From an uncultured Phycisphaeraceae bacterium (GTDB lineage Bacteria; Planctomycetota; Phycisphaerae; Phycisphaerales; UBA1924): a stretch of DNA of 64,000 bases. The notes below the pieces were generated by a model, which made no database searches, had not been told where the DNA came from, and was given only the letters and a program-made list of their open reading frames with translations. Location of the stretch: NCBI GenBank assembly GCA_964615765.1, contig CAZTQN010000004.1, forward strand, positions 44,291-108,290, in the 5' to 3' direction. Shown piece by piece: positions 1-9,011 of this stretch; the stretch's first letter is position 1, and every line of letters starts with the position of its first letter. The position numbers and the translations under genes were made by a program.

Positions 1-778
1 TCTGCGGGAGCGGGTGCGTCGCCAAGATCTCCGGCGTGCTGCTCCCGCCCGACGCGGCCTTGAGAATCTCCATGACCTGCATCTGCCCGCGCGGGTTGTA
101 GCCGGCGAGGCTCATGTACCGCATGCCGAGCTGGTCGGCCTCGCGTTCCTGGTCGCGGCTGAACTTCAGCAGCGTCCCGCCGATGAGCAGTTGCCCGCCT
201 TGCATGGCGATCTGCCCGCTGGTGCCCCCGCCGGCGAAGATCCCGCCGATGGTGAGCACGCCCTGGCCCAGCTGCGCCTGCCCGATGCGTTCGGAGGTGT
301 GCCGGGCCATGACGTGCCCGATCTCGTGCCCGAGCACGCCGGCGAGCTGGGCCTCGTTGGTCATTTTGTCAGCCAGGCCGCGCGACATGAACACGCGCTC
401 GCCCGGAAGGGCGAAGGCGTTGATGACGTCGGAATCCAGGAGGGTGAAGACCCAGGTGCGCTGCGAGCCGGGCGGGGCGCGCTTCCAGTCGGTGATGCGG
501 TTGCCGCGGGCGTCGAAGTCGCTGTGATCCTTGAGGCGCATGCCGATCTCGGTGATGTACGCGCGAAGGTCCGGGTCCTGCACTTCGCCGCCGAACTCCT
601 GCGTGAGTTTCGGGGCCTCCGAAAGACCGATGGACACCTCCTCGTTGCGAGAGATGCCCGGGAGCTGCGGCCGCCCGGTCGTGGGGTTGGTCGTGCAGCC
701 CGAGAACGCGGCGGACAGGACGATCGACCCCAGCGCGGCGGTCACGAACGGGCGGCGAAAGGCGGACAGCGACGGCAT
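1..778 (-). CDS. M48-family zinc metallopeptidase, predicted lipoprotein (C-terminus lies outside the window)
   Basis: The ORF is absent from the track because it runs off the left edge. Reverse-strand translation from the ATG (complement of 776-778) stays open to position 2. It reads MPSLSAFRRPFVTAALGSIVLSAAFSGC (signal peptide plus lipobox), then AQLAGVLGHEIGHVMARH (HExxH zinc site), EADQLGMRY and ATHPLPQ. The listed + ORF 14..1354 is its shadow. Confidence 0.85.
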   Translation of the reverse strand, partial: MPSLSAFRRPFVTAALGSIVLSAAFSGCTTNPTTGRPQLPGISRNEEVSIGLSEAPKLTQEFGGEVQDPDLRAYITEIGMRLKDHSDFDARGNRITDWKRAPPGSQRTWVFTLLDSDVINAFALPGERVFMSRGLADKMTNEAQLAGVLGHEIGHVMARHTSERIGQAQLGQGVLTIGGIFAGGGTSGQIAMQGGQLLIGGTLLKFSRDQEREADQLGMRYMSLAGYNPRGQMQVMEILKAASGGSSTPEILATHPLPQ

Positions 779-893
779 GGGAAGGTCTCCGGGGTGCTTG
801 CGGTATTATGCACTCCTGCGGCCGCGGCTCCAGTGCCCGAACGCCTTGCACGGTTCATCCGTTTTTCATCACGCGGCGAAGACACCACCGACC

Positions 894-1727
894 GTGACCA
901 CCACGCCCCCCACTTCTCCCGACGCGCACGCCGCCCACTCCCACCCCGACGCGCTGCCGGCATGGACCGACCGCGACTTGTCGGCGAGCCCGCACGCCCG
1001 CGAGGACAAGCCCGAGCGCGTCCGGCGCATGTTCGCGGCGATCGCCGGGTCGTACGACCTCAACAACCGCGTGCACGCGCTGTGGCAGGACCAGGCCTGG
1101 CGACGCTTCGCCGTGCGCGTCAGCGCACTCCGCGCCGACGACCGCGTGCTCGACGTCGCGTGCGGCACGGGCGATTTGTCGGAGTGGTTCGCGCGCGGCG
1201 GGGCCCGCGAGGTCGTCGGGCTGGACTTCACGGCCGAGATGCTCGACATCGCGCGCGTGAAGGCGACGCGCCGCACGCCGCGCTGGCACGCCGAACGCAT
1301 CCGCTACATGCAGGGCGACGCGCAGCAGCTCCCGTTCGACGACGCGTCGTTTGATGTGGTCTCGATCGCCTTCGGCATCCGCAACGTGCTGCAGCCGGCG
1401 CGGGCGCTGGCGGAGTTCCGGCGCGTGCTGCGTCCGGGCGGGCGGCTGGTGGTGCTCGAGTTTGCCGAGCCGCGCTTCGGGCCCGTGCGCTGGTTCAACC
1501 GCGTGTACTGCCAGCGGATCATGCCCGTGACGGCGACGCTGATCAGCGGGGATCGCTCAGGGGCGTACAAGTATCTGCCCAAGAGCGTGGCGACGTTCAT
1601 GACGCCCGAAGAGCTCAGCGCCGCGATGGTGACCGCAGGCTTTTCCCCGGGCGTGCGCCGATGGTCGCTGTCCTTGGGCATCTGCGTCTGCTACCGGGCG
1701 GAAGTCCCGGGCCCGCGGGCGAAATAG
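894..1727 (+). CDS. ubiE: Demethylmenaquinone/ubiquinone C-methyltransferase (UbiE/MenG family)
   Basis: This is the frame of ORF 531..1727. It carries ERVRRMFAAIAGSYDLNNRV, VLDVACGTGDL (SAM motif I), LRPGGRLVVLEF and YKYLPKSV. The start is placed at the in-frame GTG 894 because the upstream part overlaps the divergent M48 gene and a lower-GC gap. TTG 978 is an alternative start. ATG 1029 is too late because it removes the conserved ERVRRMF. Confidence 0.8.
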   Translation: MTTTPPTSPDAHAAHSHPDALPAWTDRDLSASPHAREDKPERVRRMFAAIAGSYDLNNRVHALWQDQAWRRFAVRVSALRADDRVLDVACGTGDLSEWFARGGAREVVGLDFTAEMLDIARVKATRRTPRWHAERIRYMQGDAQQLPFDDASFDVVSIAFGIRNVLQPARALAEFRRVLRPGGRLVVLEFAEPRFGPVRWFNRVYCQRIMPVTATLISGDRSGAYKYLPKSVATFMTPEELSAAMVTAGFSPGVRRWSLSLGICVCYRAEVPGPRAK

Positions 1728-1940
1728 CGGGCGACTCCGGATATCGGGATACGCAAGAGTGCAGTCGAAAAAGGCTGTCGCGACACGGATATTCGTGGAC
1801 GCTCTTGCGGCCCGTGGTATGCTGCGCGACTCGCGCGCGCCGGTTCTCTGGCCGCCCGCGGGGCGCTGGTTTCCGGTCGTCCGGCCGACCGCAGGCGCGG
1901 GGTGGTGAGGGAAGCCCGGCCTCGTTGGGAGCACGAAAAC

Positions 1941-4900
1941 ATGCGTCGAGTTCGCGCGTCGGTGGTGGGCGGCCTCGCGGCGGTCCTGGTCAGCATCGCG
2001 GGTCAGGCGGCGAGCGCACAGACGTCGACGCCGCTGTCGACCGCGTTCACCTATCAGGGCCAGGTCCGCGTCGGGACCGGGTTGATCAACGGGACCGTGG
2101 ACCTCGAGTTCCGGCTCTTCGATTCCGCGTTCGGCGGGCTGCAGATCGGCCCGACGCTGTCGACCTCGAACACCGTCGTCGTCAACGGGCGATTCACCAC
2201 CAGCCTGGACTTCGGCCCCGGCGCCTTCAACGGCGACGGGCGCTGGCTGCAGATCGCCGTCCGCAACCCCGCGGGCGTCGGCTCGTTCGTCACGCTCGCG
2301 CCGCGCCAGGGCATCCTCGCCGCCCCGTACGCGCTGTACGCCCTCAACGCGACCCCCGGCCCCCAGGGCCCGCAGGGCGAGCCCGGCCCGCAAGGCCCGG
2401 CCGGCCCCGCCGGTGCGGATGGCGCCCCGGGCGCGCAGGGTCCCACCGGTCCGGCCGGTCCCGCTGGTGCGCAAGGCCCGGCTGGTCCGGCTGGCCCCGC
2501 CGGCACTGATGGTGCTCCGGGTGCGCAGGGCCCTGCCGGTCCGGCTGGACCTGCCGGTCCGCAGGGCCCGGCTGGCCCCGCCGGCGCTGACGGCGCTCCG
2601 GGCGCACAAGGCCCCGCCGGTCCCGCTGGTCCGCAGGGTCCGGCTGGCGCCGACGGCGCTTTGGGTGCACAAGGCCCCGCCGGTCCCGCCGGTCCGGCTG
2701 GCCCCGCTGGCGCTGACGGCGCTCCGGGCGCACAAGGCCCCGCTGGTCCCGATGGTCCGCAGGGTCCGGCTGGCCCCGCTGGCGCTGACGGCGCTCCGGG
2801 TCCGCAGGGTCCCGCTGGTCCGGCTGGTCCGCAGGGCGAAGCCGGTCCGCAGGGGCCGCAGGGTCTGCCGGGGATTCCGGGCCCGGCCGGTGCGGATGGC
2901 GCGCCCGGTGCGCAAGGGCCCCAGGGTCCGCAGGGCCCGGCCGGTGCGAACGGCAACTCCGCCGCCCGCTATGTCGTCGGGCCTTTGCTCGACGTCGGCG
3001 TGACGCACACGAGCATTCAGGCGGCGATCGCGGCCGCCGTCGGTGATGGGTTCGGCAACGCCGGCCCGCAGACGGTCATCCTCGTTCGTCCCGGCACGTA
3101 CAACGAGAACGTCTCTCTCGTCGCCGGCATTCACGTGCAGTCGTCGGTCGTTGATCGTTCCTTCGCCGCGACCGTGAACGGGCAGGTCTCGTTCACCGCC
3201 GGCGGCGTCACGTCGTGGAACGGCGTCGACATCAACGGCGGCTCCGGCGCCAGCGGCCTGAACTTCGGCGGGGCCGCGTTCCAGCAACTGTTCCTCAACA
3301 ACACGTTCGTCTACGGCAACAACGCCCCGGCGCTCGACATGAGCAACACCGGCGCCGGCTCCAACATCAGCGTCACCGCCGGCAACTTCCGCGCCACCAC
3401 CGGCACCGTCACGCCCGTCAACGTCACCGCCGGCACGCTGCTGGCGCAGGACACCACCTTCCGCCAGTTCGGAACTTCGTTCGACAACACCGCGATCTCC
3501 GTCGGCGCCGCCGGGCGCGTGTTCCTCAACAACGCCGACATCTTCGGCGTGGTGGCGCACGGCGGGGGCGACTCGTCCATCTCCGGGAGCGTGATCCGCA
3601 GCAACGCTCTGCCCCCGGTCGTCGCCAGCGGCGCGGGCTCGCTCGTGCTGGGCGACACCGGCATCCAGACCGGCACGCCGGGCGCGCTGATCGTCGACTC
3701 CGGCTCGGGCAGCGTCTTCTACACGCAGCTCACCTGGTCTCTGCCGTCGCAGTCGATCCCGGCGACGGCGGTCCTGCTGCCCGGCAGCGGCCCGACGGGC
3801 CCGGCTGGTCCGCAGGGCCCGCAGGGCGTGGCCGGTCCGGCTGGACCGGCCGGTCCGCAGGGCGAAGCGGGTCCCGCCGGCCCGGCGGGCGCCGACGGCG
3901 CGCCGGGGCCGCAGGGTTTGCCGGGTGTCGCTGGTCCCGCGGGTCCGGCTGGCCCGCAGGGCGAGGCCGGTCCGCAGGGGCCGCAGGGTCTGCAAGGGAT
4001 TCAGGGCCCGGCTGGTCCGGCCGGCGCGGATGGCGCGCCGGGTGCGCAGGGTCCGGCTGGTCCCGTTGGCCCGCAGGGTCTGCAGGGTCTGCAAGGCCCT
4101 GCGGGTCCCGCTGGTCCGCAGGGTGAACCGGGTCCGGCTGGTCCTGCTGGTCCGGCCGGCGCTGATGGCGCGCCGGGTGCGCAGGGTCCGGCCGGCGCTG
4201 ATGGCGCGCCGGGTGCGCAGGGTCCGGCCGGCGCTGATGGTGCACCGGGCGCGCAGGGTCCTGCTGGTCCCGCCGGTCCGGCTGGCCCGCAGGGCGAAGC
4301 GGGTCCGCAGGGACCGCAGGGTCTGCAAGGGCTTCAGGGCCCGGCTGGTCCGGCCGGTCCGCAAGGCGAGGCCGGTCCGCAGGGGCCGCAGGGTCTGCAA
4401 GGGATTCAGGGACCCGCTGGTCCGGCCGGCGCCGATGGCGCACCGGGTGCGCAGGGTCCCGCTGGCCCCGCCGGTCCGCAGGGGCTGCAAGGTCTTCAGG
4501 GACCGGCCGGGGCGGATGGCGCGCCGGGGGCGCAAGGTCCGCAGGGGCCTCAGGGCCCGGCGGGTCTGAACAACGTCACCTGGCAGGGCACGTGGAGCGC
4601 TGCGACGACGTACGCCGTGAATGACGCGGTCTTCTATCTCGGATCGAGCTACCGCTCGCTGGTCGCGGGCAACGTCAACGCGCAGCCGGACGCTTCGCCG
4701 GCTTCGTGGGCCCTGTTCGCCGCGGGCGGCGGGTCGGGCAACGCGACGCTGACGGCGGGCGGTCTGCTCGCGAGCACCGCCAACTCGACCATCGGCTACA
4801 CCTTCGGCAATACCAACAACGGCAACGGCAGCGGCGTCAACACACGCTCCAACGGCCTGTGGGGTCGCATCGGGAGCGGAACCTCCGGGAACCTGCCGGT

Positions 4901-5876
4901 CGGGACGGCCGTCCCGTCCGGCGTCGGCCTGTCCAACACCAACTTCGCCATCGGCACCCTCGGCACCGCGACGGGCAACAGCGTCGGCGTCGTCGGGAGC
5001 GTGGGCACTGCCGGCGCGGTCGGGGTCTGGGGTCACAACGACAACACCGCGGGCAGCACCGGGTGGAACGTCGGCGTGATCGGCACGTCCGCCGGCACCG
5101 GCAACGCCGCCACCGGCGTCTTCGGGCAAGCCAACCGCGGCGTCTCGGGCTCTTCGGGCCTGGCCGCCAACGGCAGCAACCCGACGCAGGCCAACCGCCT
5201 GCCGGGCGGCGGCGTGTACGGCGCAACCACCAACACCAACGGCAACGCCGGCTTCTTCCTCGGGCGCGTCGTGATCGAGAACACCTTCGCCGCCGGCGCC
5301 CCGACCAACGACCAGGGCGCGGGCAGCCCCGACCCGTTCATCGTCTGGACCAACAGCGGGGCCTCCGGCTTCAACCGCTCCGGCGCGCTGTTCACCCCGT
5401 CGGACCGCAACTCCAAGTCCGGCTTCACCCCGGTCGACGGCGTCGACGTGCTCAACACGCTCGTCAACACGCCCGTCACCCGCTGGCACTACAAGGGCGA
5501 TGACACCACCTGGTACATGGGCCCGATGGCGCAGGACTTCAAGGCCGCGTTCAACCTCGGCGACAAGGACACCGTCATTCACGGCGTGAACGCCGACGGC
5601 GTCGCGCTCGCCGCGATCCAGGGTCTCAACACCAAGCTCGAAGCCGCGCTCAAGCAGCGTGACCAGACCATCGCCGCGCAGCAGCAGACGCTGGCTTCGA
5701 TGGAAGCCCGCATCGCGAAGCTGGAGTCCGCGTCGTCCTCGGGCGGCACGGTGCTGATCCAGCGGGCCGGCATCGGGCTGGGCGTGCTCGGGCTGCCGCT
5801 GCTGGGCATCGCGCTGTGGCGCCGCCGCGGCGGCAAGCGTGGGGAGCAGACCGGCACGAACGGGGGTGCGGCGTGA
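1941..5876 (+). CDS. Secreted collagen-like / tail-fibre-like surface protein with C-terminal Peptidase_S74-type intramolecular chaperone domain and hydrophobic Arg-rich anchor
   Basis: ATG 1941 is preceded by GGGAGC. The signal peptide is [27 protein letters not shown]. An FTYQG...RWLQIAVR N-terminal domain is followed by two long G-X-Y tracts flanking an Asn/Gly/Thr-rich beta-helix-like segment. Next come [24 protein letters not shown] (CBM5/12-like) and a Gly/Asn/Thr fibre region. The S74 pattern is SDRNSK...TRWHYK...YMGPMAQDF...[19 protein letters not shown] coiled coil is followed by [24 protein letters not shown]. Confidence 0.85.
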   Translation: MRRVRASVVGGLAAVLVSIAGQAASAQTSTPLSTAFTYQGQVRVGTGLINGTVDLEFRLFDSAFGGLQIGPTLSTSNTVVVNGRFTTSLDFGPGAFNGDGRWLQIAVRNPAGVGSFVTLAPRQGILAAPYALYALNATPGPQGPQGEPGPQGPAGPAGADGAPGAQGPTGPAGPAGAQGPAGPAGPAGTDGAPGAQGPAGPAGPAGPQGPAGPAGADGAPGAQGPAGPAGPQGPAGADGALGAQGPAGPAGPAGPAGADGAPGAQGPAGPDGPQGPAGPAGADGAPGPQGPAGPAGPQGEAGPQGPQGLPGIPGPAGADGAPGAQGPQGPQGPAGANGNSAARYVVGPLLDVGVTHTSIQAAIAAAVGDGFGNAGPQTVILVRPGTYNENVSLVAGIHVQSSVVDRSFAATVNGQVSFTAGGVTSWNGVDINGGSGASGLNFGGAAFQQLFLNNTFVYGNNAPALDMSNTGAGSNISVTAGNFRATTGTVTPVNVTAGTLLAQDTTFRQFGTSFDNTAISVGAAGRVFLNNADIFGVVAHGGGDSSISGSVIRSNALPPVVASGAGSLVLGDTGIQTGTPGALIVDSGSGSVFYTQLTWSLPSQSIPATAVLLPGSGPTGPAGPQGPQGVAGPAGPAGPQGEAGPAGPAGADGAPGPQGLPGVAGPAGPAGPQGEAGPQGPQGLQGIQGPAGPAGADGAPGAQGPAGPVGPQGLQGLQGPAGPAGPQGEPGPAGPAGPAGADGAPGAQGPAGADGAPGAQGPAGADGAPGAQGPAGPAGPAGPQGEAGPQGPQGLQGLQGPAGPAGPQGEAGPQGPQGLQGIQGPAGPAGADGAPGAQGPAGPAGPQGLQGLQGPAGADGAPGAQGPQGPQGPAGLNNVTWQGTWSAATTYAVNDAVFYLGSSYRSLVAGNVNAQPDASPASWALFAAGGGSGNATLTAGGLLASTANSTIGYTFGNTNNGNGSGVNTRSNGLWGRIGSGTSGNLPVGTAVPSGVGLSNTNFAIGTLGTATGNSVGVVGSVGTAGAVGVWGHNDNTAGSTGWNVGVIGTSAGTGNAATGVFGQANRGVSGSSGLAANGSNPTQANRLPGGGVYGATTNTNGNAGFFLGRVVIENTFAAGAPTNDQGAGSPDPFIVWTNSGASGFNRSGALFTPSDRNSKSGFTPVDGVDVLNTLVNTPVTRWHYKGDDTTWYMGPMAQDFKAAFNLGDKDTVIHGVNADGVALAAIQGLNTKLEAALKQRDQTIAAQQQTLASMEARIAKLESASSSGGTVLIQRAGIGLGVLGLPLLGIALWRRRGGKRGEQTGTNGGAA
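2358..2954 (+). repeat. Collagen-like G-X-Y tract 1 (66 uninterrupted triplets) inside the 1941..5876 CDS
   Basis: Translation runs [27 protein letters not shown]... to ...[13 protein letters not shown] with Gly at every third residue. The DNA is highly self-similar GGN-CCG/GCN units. Confidence 0.9.
3789..4565 (+). repeat. Collagen-like G-X-Y tract 2 (86 uninterrupted triplets) inside the 1941..5876 CDS
   Basis: Translation runs [19 protein letters not shown]... to ...[13 protein letters not shown] with Gly at every third residue. Recurring blocks are [21 protein letters not shown] and [12 protein letters not shown]. Confidence 0.9.
4149..4256 (+). repeat. Three tandem 36-bp units ([12 protein letters not shown] x3); first two copies are nucleotide-identical
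   Basis: 4149-4184 and 4185-4220 are both ggtccggccggcgctgatggcgcgccgggtgcgcag. 4221-4256 differs at three synonymous third positions. Confidence 0.9.
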
Positions 5877-6295
5877 AGACCCCGCACCTTCTTCCGGCAC
5901 GGCGCGGCGGGCTGATCCGCCGCGCCGCGATGATCGCGCCCGTGCTCGCCCTCGCCGGCGGCGCGGGCGCGCAGACGACCATCCCCTGGTCGACCATCGA
6001 CTCCGGCGGCGGGACCTCCGTCGCCGGGGCGCTCGAGATCACCGGCACGATCGGCCAGCCCGACGCCGGCGAGAGTTCGGGCGCGGGCCTGGCGCTGCAG
6101 GGCGGCTACTGGGCCGTCGACCGGCGCTGCCCGGCGGACGTCAACGACGACGGCGTCGTGACCACGCAGGACCTGTTCGACTTCGTCGCGTTCTACTTCG
6201 GGACCGAAGTGGCCCTCGCCGACATCAACAACGACCAGGTCGTGTCCACGCAGGACATCTTCGAGTTCCTCGCGGCGTGGTTCACGCCGTGTTGA
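5873..6295 (+). CDS. Small secreted protein with two C-terminal dockerin-like repeats ending in Cys
   Basis: GTG 5873 overlaps the upstream stop as GTGA (5873-5876). The signal-like N-terminus is [33 protein letters not shown]. It is followed by [42 protein letters not shown]. The C-terminus is [50 protein letters not shown] then stop. ATG 5930 is an alternative start. Confidence 0.75.
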   Translation: MKTPHLLPARRGGLIRRAAMIAPVLALAGGAGAQTTIPWSTIDSGGGTSVAGALEITGTIGQPDAGESSGAGLALQGGYWAVDRRCPADVNDDGVVTTQDLFDFVAFYFGTEVALADINNDQVVSTQDIFEFLAAWFTPC

Positions 6296-6350
6296 ACAGG
6301 TGAGCGGCGTACGACACGCCGCCGTGCTACAAGCTCAAGCGATCGCCAAC

Positions 6351-6395
6351 CGCCCCGCGCTCTGAACACTCAGGGCGCGGGGCGATGTGTTTTTG
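6351..6395 (+). terminator. Intrinsic terminator between convergent genes
   Basis: A 10-bp GC stem (cgccccgcgc at 6351-6360 and gcgcggggcg at 6375-6384) is followed by atgtgttttt, with a T-run at 6390-6394. Confidence 0.7.
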
Positions 6396-6411
6396 AGGTG
6401 CTGTCGCTCGT

Positions 6412-7803
6412 TCAGGCCTTGCGAGCGCGTTCGCGCGGCGAGCCGAGGACGCCCGCCGTCATGCGGGCCACGCGCAGACGCAGACGCAGGCGGCGCAGGG
6501 CCGCATCGTGCGGATCAGCCGCGAGGGCGCGGCGGACGCATGCGAGGGCCCGGCGGTAGCGGCCTTGGCGAGCCAGCGCGACGGCGAGGTTGTGCCACGC
6601 CGCGGCCAGCGAGGGATCGAGCGCCAGCGCCCGGCGGGCCGACTTGATGCCCGCGGCGACGTCGCCCGAACGGAACGCCGCGAAGCTGGCCAGTTGCAGC
6701 GTCCGCGCGTCCGGCGGGACCAGCCCGATCGCCCGCACGAGCACATCGCGGGCCAATTCCGGCAGGCCGGCGTCGAGCATCGTGTGCGCGAGGGCGACGA
6801 GTTCTTCCGCCGCTTCGCCGGGCGGGACGTCCGCCGCTCGCGCCAGCGCAGTGCCCGCGGCTTCTTCGACGGGAGCCGCGGCGGCTTCGAGCAGTTGCCG
6901 AGCCTGGCGCAAATCGGCCGGGTCGCCCCGGCGCAGGAGCACCGCCGCGGCCCGACGCCGCGCCGACGGGAAGTTCTGATCGAGTCGCAGCAGCAGCCCG
7001 AACGCGTCGGCCGCCTGATCGTCCTGGCCCTGGCGCTCGGCCAGATCGCCCAGGTAGAACAGCGCCGACACGTTGTCGGGCTCGATCTCGAGCACGCGCC
7101 GGAACTTCTCGGAGGCCTCGGCGTGCCGGTTCATGTCAACCAGCAGGCAGCCCAGATCGAGCAGCGTGTCGATGTCGCCCGGATCCGTGCGGAGTTCGCG
7201 GAGATAGAGCTGGCGGGCCCGTTCGAGGCGACCGGTCGCGGCGAAGCCCTCGGCCAGCCGCGCGTGGATCCGCGGCATCGCGGGGTCAAGCTGGGCCGCC
7301 GAGCGCAGGCACCACACGGCCTTGTCGCGCAGCCCGCGGATCATGAGCGACTCGGCGAGATTGGCCAGCGCGCCCGCGTCCTTCGGGTTGACTTGCTGGG
7401 CCATGTAGAACATCAGCTCGGCCTGCTCGTGGTCGCCCAGGCGCGTGTACGCCTCGATGCGGTGCACCCAGGACGCCGCGTCCGACGGGTCGAGCGGCTG
7501 GGCCTTTTCGAAGAAGTAGATGCTCTCGCGCGGCTTGCCGGCGCGGAGCAGGTTGACGCCCGCCGCCAGCAGCGGGGCCGCGTCGTCGGGCTCGAGTTCG
7601 TGCGCGTCCGAGAACGCGCGGGCCGCGGCGTCATACCGACCGCTCGCCTCGAGCGTCAGCCCAAGGTTGAAGTGCCACTCGGCCTTGAAGGGGTTCAGGG
7701 AGAGGGCTTCGCGGAGCGCGGATTCGGCTTCTTCCCAACGCCCGGCCTCGTAGGCCGCGTGGGCTCGTTCAACGTGCACCTCGGCATCGAACCACTCGCT
7801 CAT
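6412..7803 (-). CDS. TPR repeat-containing protein
   Basis: There are repeated 34-residue TPR-like units, for example AHAAYEAGRWEEAESALREALSLNP, NLGLTLEASGRYDAAARAFSDAHELEP and WHNLAVALARQGRYRRALACVRRALAADP. The start is set at ATG 7803 (MSEWFDAEV). GTG 7878 is an alternative that would leave only 5 nt to the upstream gene. Confidence 0.8.
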   Translation of the reverse strand: MSEWFDAEVHVERAHAAYEAGRWEEAESALREALSLNPFKAEWHFNLGLTLEASGRYDAAARAFSDAHELEPDDAAPLLAAGVNLLRAGKPRESIYFFEKAQPLDPSDAASWVHRIEAYTRLGDHEQAELMFYMAQQVNPKDAGALANLAESLMIRGLRDKAVWCLRSAAQLDPAMPRIHARLAEGFAATGRLERARQLYLRELRTDPGDIDTLLDLGCLLVDMNRHAEASEKFRRVLEIEPDNVSALFYLGDLAERQGQDDQAADAFGLLLRLDQNFPSARRRAAAVLLRRGDPADLRQARQLLEAAAAPVEEAAGTALARAADVPPGEAAEELVALAHTMLDAGLPELARDVLVRAIGLVPPDARTLQLASFAAFRSGDVAAGIKSARRALALDPSLAAAWHNLAVALARQGRYRRALACVRRALAADPHDAALRRLRLRLRVARMTAGVLGSPRERARKA

Positions 7804-7883
7804 GGACGCACTCACAGGTCGGTCAGGATGCCCGTCACTCGAACGCCCATCGTAGCCCCCGAGGCCCAGCCCCGGCACGCGTG

Positions 7884-8306
7884 TTACCGCCCCAGGCGGA
7901 CCAGGACATCATCCAGAATGGCGCGGCTGACGGCCTCGTCGCCGAACACGCCGGACTCGATGCTCACGCGCACGCCGCTGGGCACCAGGCGGGCCCCGAT
8001 GACGACGGATTCGTCGCGCCCGTTGACGCGTGCGCGGGCCCGCAATCGGGCCGCGTCGCGCGTCACGCCGCTGCCCTCGATGACGTACCCGCGGTCCAGC
8101 AGCGTCGCCTCGGCGGCGGCGTGCGCCTGCGGGACACTCACCTCCTGGGGGAGATTCGCGCTGAGCGTGCCCATCGCGTAGCCGGCCATCACGCGGCGCT
8201 CGCGACCGTGCGCCTCGACGCGGGTCTGCTGGCAGCCGCCGATCGCGGTTAAGCCCGCGAGCAGGCCCGCGGGCACAAGCACACTCAACACGCGATGGAC
8301 GGGCAT
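7884..8306 (-). CDS. Predicted lipoprotein, unknown function
   Basis: MPVHRVLSVLVPAGLLAGLTAIGGC is a signal peptide with a lipobox. The amino-acid composition is balanced. The gene starts 3 nt after the stop of the upstream NYN-like gene. Confidence 0.7.
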   Translation of the reverse strand: MPVHRVLSVLVPAGLLAGLTAIGGCQQTRVEAHGRERRVMAGYAMGTLSANLPQEVSVPQAHAAAEATLLDRGYVIEGSGVTRDAARLRARARVNGRDESVVIGARLVPSGVRVSIESGVFGDEAVSRAILDDVLVRLGR

Positions 8307-8309
8307 GGG

Positions 8310-9011
8310 CTACTCCCGATCAGGCCGACGCGGCGGCGGCGTTCCGCCGCGCCCCGGCGGTGGATCGACCGAGTCGAGCGAGCGGGCCCAATCTTCGATG
8401 TCGGCGAGCAGTTGCGGATCGAGTTCCGGCTCGCCGGACGGCGACGCGGGGCGCACGGGCTGACCGGGTTTCTGCGCGGGCGGGGGCGCATCGGGCGCGA
8501 CGCCGAACGCGCGGAGCCAGTGGGCGACGGAGTCCCGGTCGAGCGCGTCGCGGGCGGCGAAGTCGGGGCGGTCGCCGGTGCGGAGACGTTCGTGGGCCGC
8601 GGCCCGGCGCGCGTCTTGGGTGAGCAGCTCCAGAAACGCCGGGCTGGCGGCCCAGCGGGCCCGCACGCCGACGGCGGCCTGTTGCACACGCCGGTCGGAA
8701 CTGACCACCAGGGCCACATGGGCCCGCCCCGCCGCGTGCAGGCGGTCGAGCAGGGCCTCGATCAGGCTGTCGGCGTCCTGCCCGGGCCCGGCGAACAGGA
8801 ACCGGGGCCCGGGCGCGTCGGCCAGACCGCTCGGGCGATCCGTCGAGCGGGCCAGCCCGCCGGCGGTGCCGTCGCAGACCAGCCAGGCGGGGGCGGAGCG
8901 GTACCGCCCGAGCGCGACCAGGTCGAACAAACGGTGCGGGGAAAGCGGGTGCAGCGGGTGCCGGGCGCTGGCGGCGGCGTGCACGACATTGAAGACATCA
9001 ACGATGAGCAT
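8310..9011 (-). CDS. NYN/YacP-like (PIN-fold) putative RNA-binding or ribonuclease protein with Pro-rich C-terminal tail
   Basis: The N-terminus MLIVDVFNVVHAAAS resembles the LxVDGYNVI start of YacP/NYN proteins. It also has VCDG, a GQDADSLIEALL acidic motif and VVSSDRRVQQAA. The assignment is by motif only. Confidence 0.5.
   Translation of the reverse strand: MLIVDVFNVVHAAASARHPLHPLSPHRLFDLVALGRYRSAPAWLVCDGTAGGLARSTDRPSGLADAPGPRFLFAGPGQDADSLIEALLDRLHAAGRAHVALVVSSDRRVQQAAVGVRARWAASPAFLELLTQDARRAAAHERLRTGDRPDFAARDALDRDSVAHWLRAFGVAPDAPPPAQKPGQPVRPASPSGEPELDPQLLADIEDWARSLDSVDPPPGRGGTPPPRRPDRE

Noticed and set aside
14-1354. 446-aa plus-strand ORF at the left edge
   Set aside because: It is Arg/Ala/Pro-rich with no motifs. 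It overlaps two well-supported genes in other frames (the M48 peptidase on the minus strand and ubiE on the plus strand).
2358-4565. Possibility that the highly periodic DNA is a CRISPR array or non-coding satellite
   Set aside because: The periodicity is 9 bp/3 codons with an uninterrupted reading frame encoding G-X-Y. There are no unique spacers and no cas genes.
1557-5900. 1447-aa minus-strand ORF, the longest in the track
   Set aside because: It is the antisense shadow of the collagen-like gene. Its product is almost pure Arg/Ala/Gly/Thr low complexity (RTLRPLRTG... repeats mirror the G-X-Y codons). It has no signal, domain or start context, whereas the plus frame has a signal peptide, S74 and CBM motifs.
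1941-6295. Idea that the collagen/S74 fibre gene marks a prophage or phage-tail-like particle
   Set aside because: No capsid, baseplate, sheath, tape-measure, integrase, lysis or att-like repeats occur within at least 10 kb downstream, and only ubiE and M48 lie upstream. The protein also has a Sec signal peptide and a membrane anchor. I kept it as a cellular fibre instead. The region left of the window cannot be excluded.
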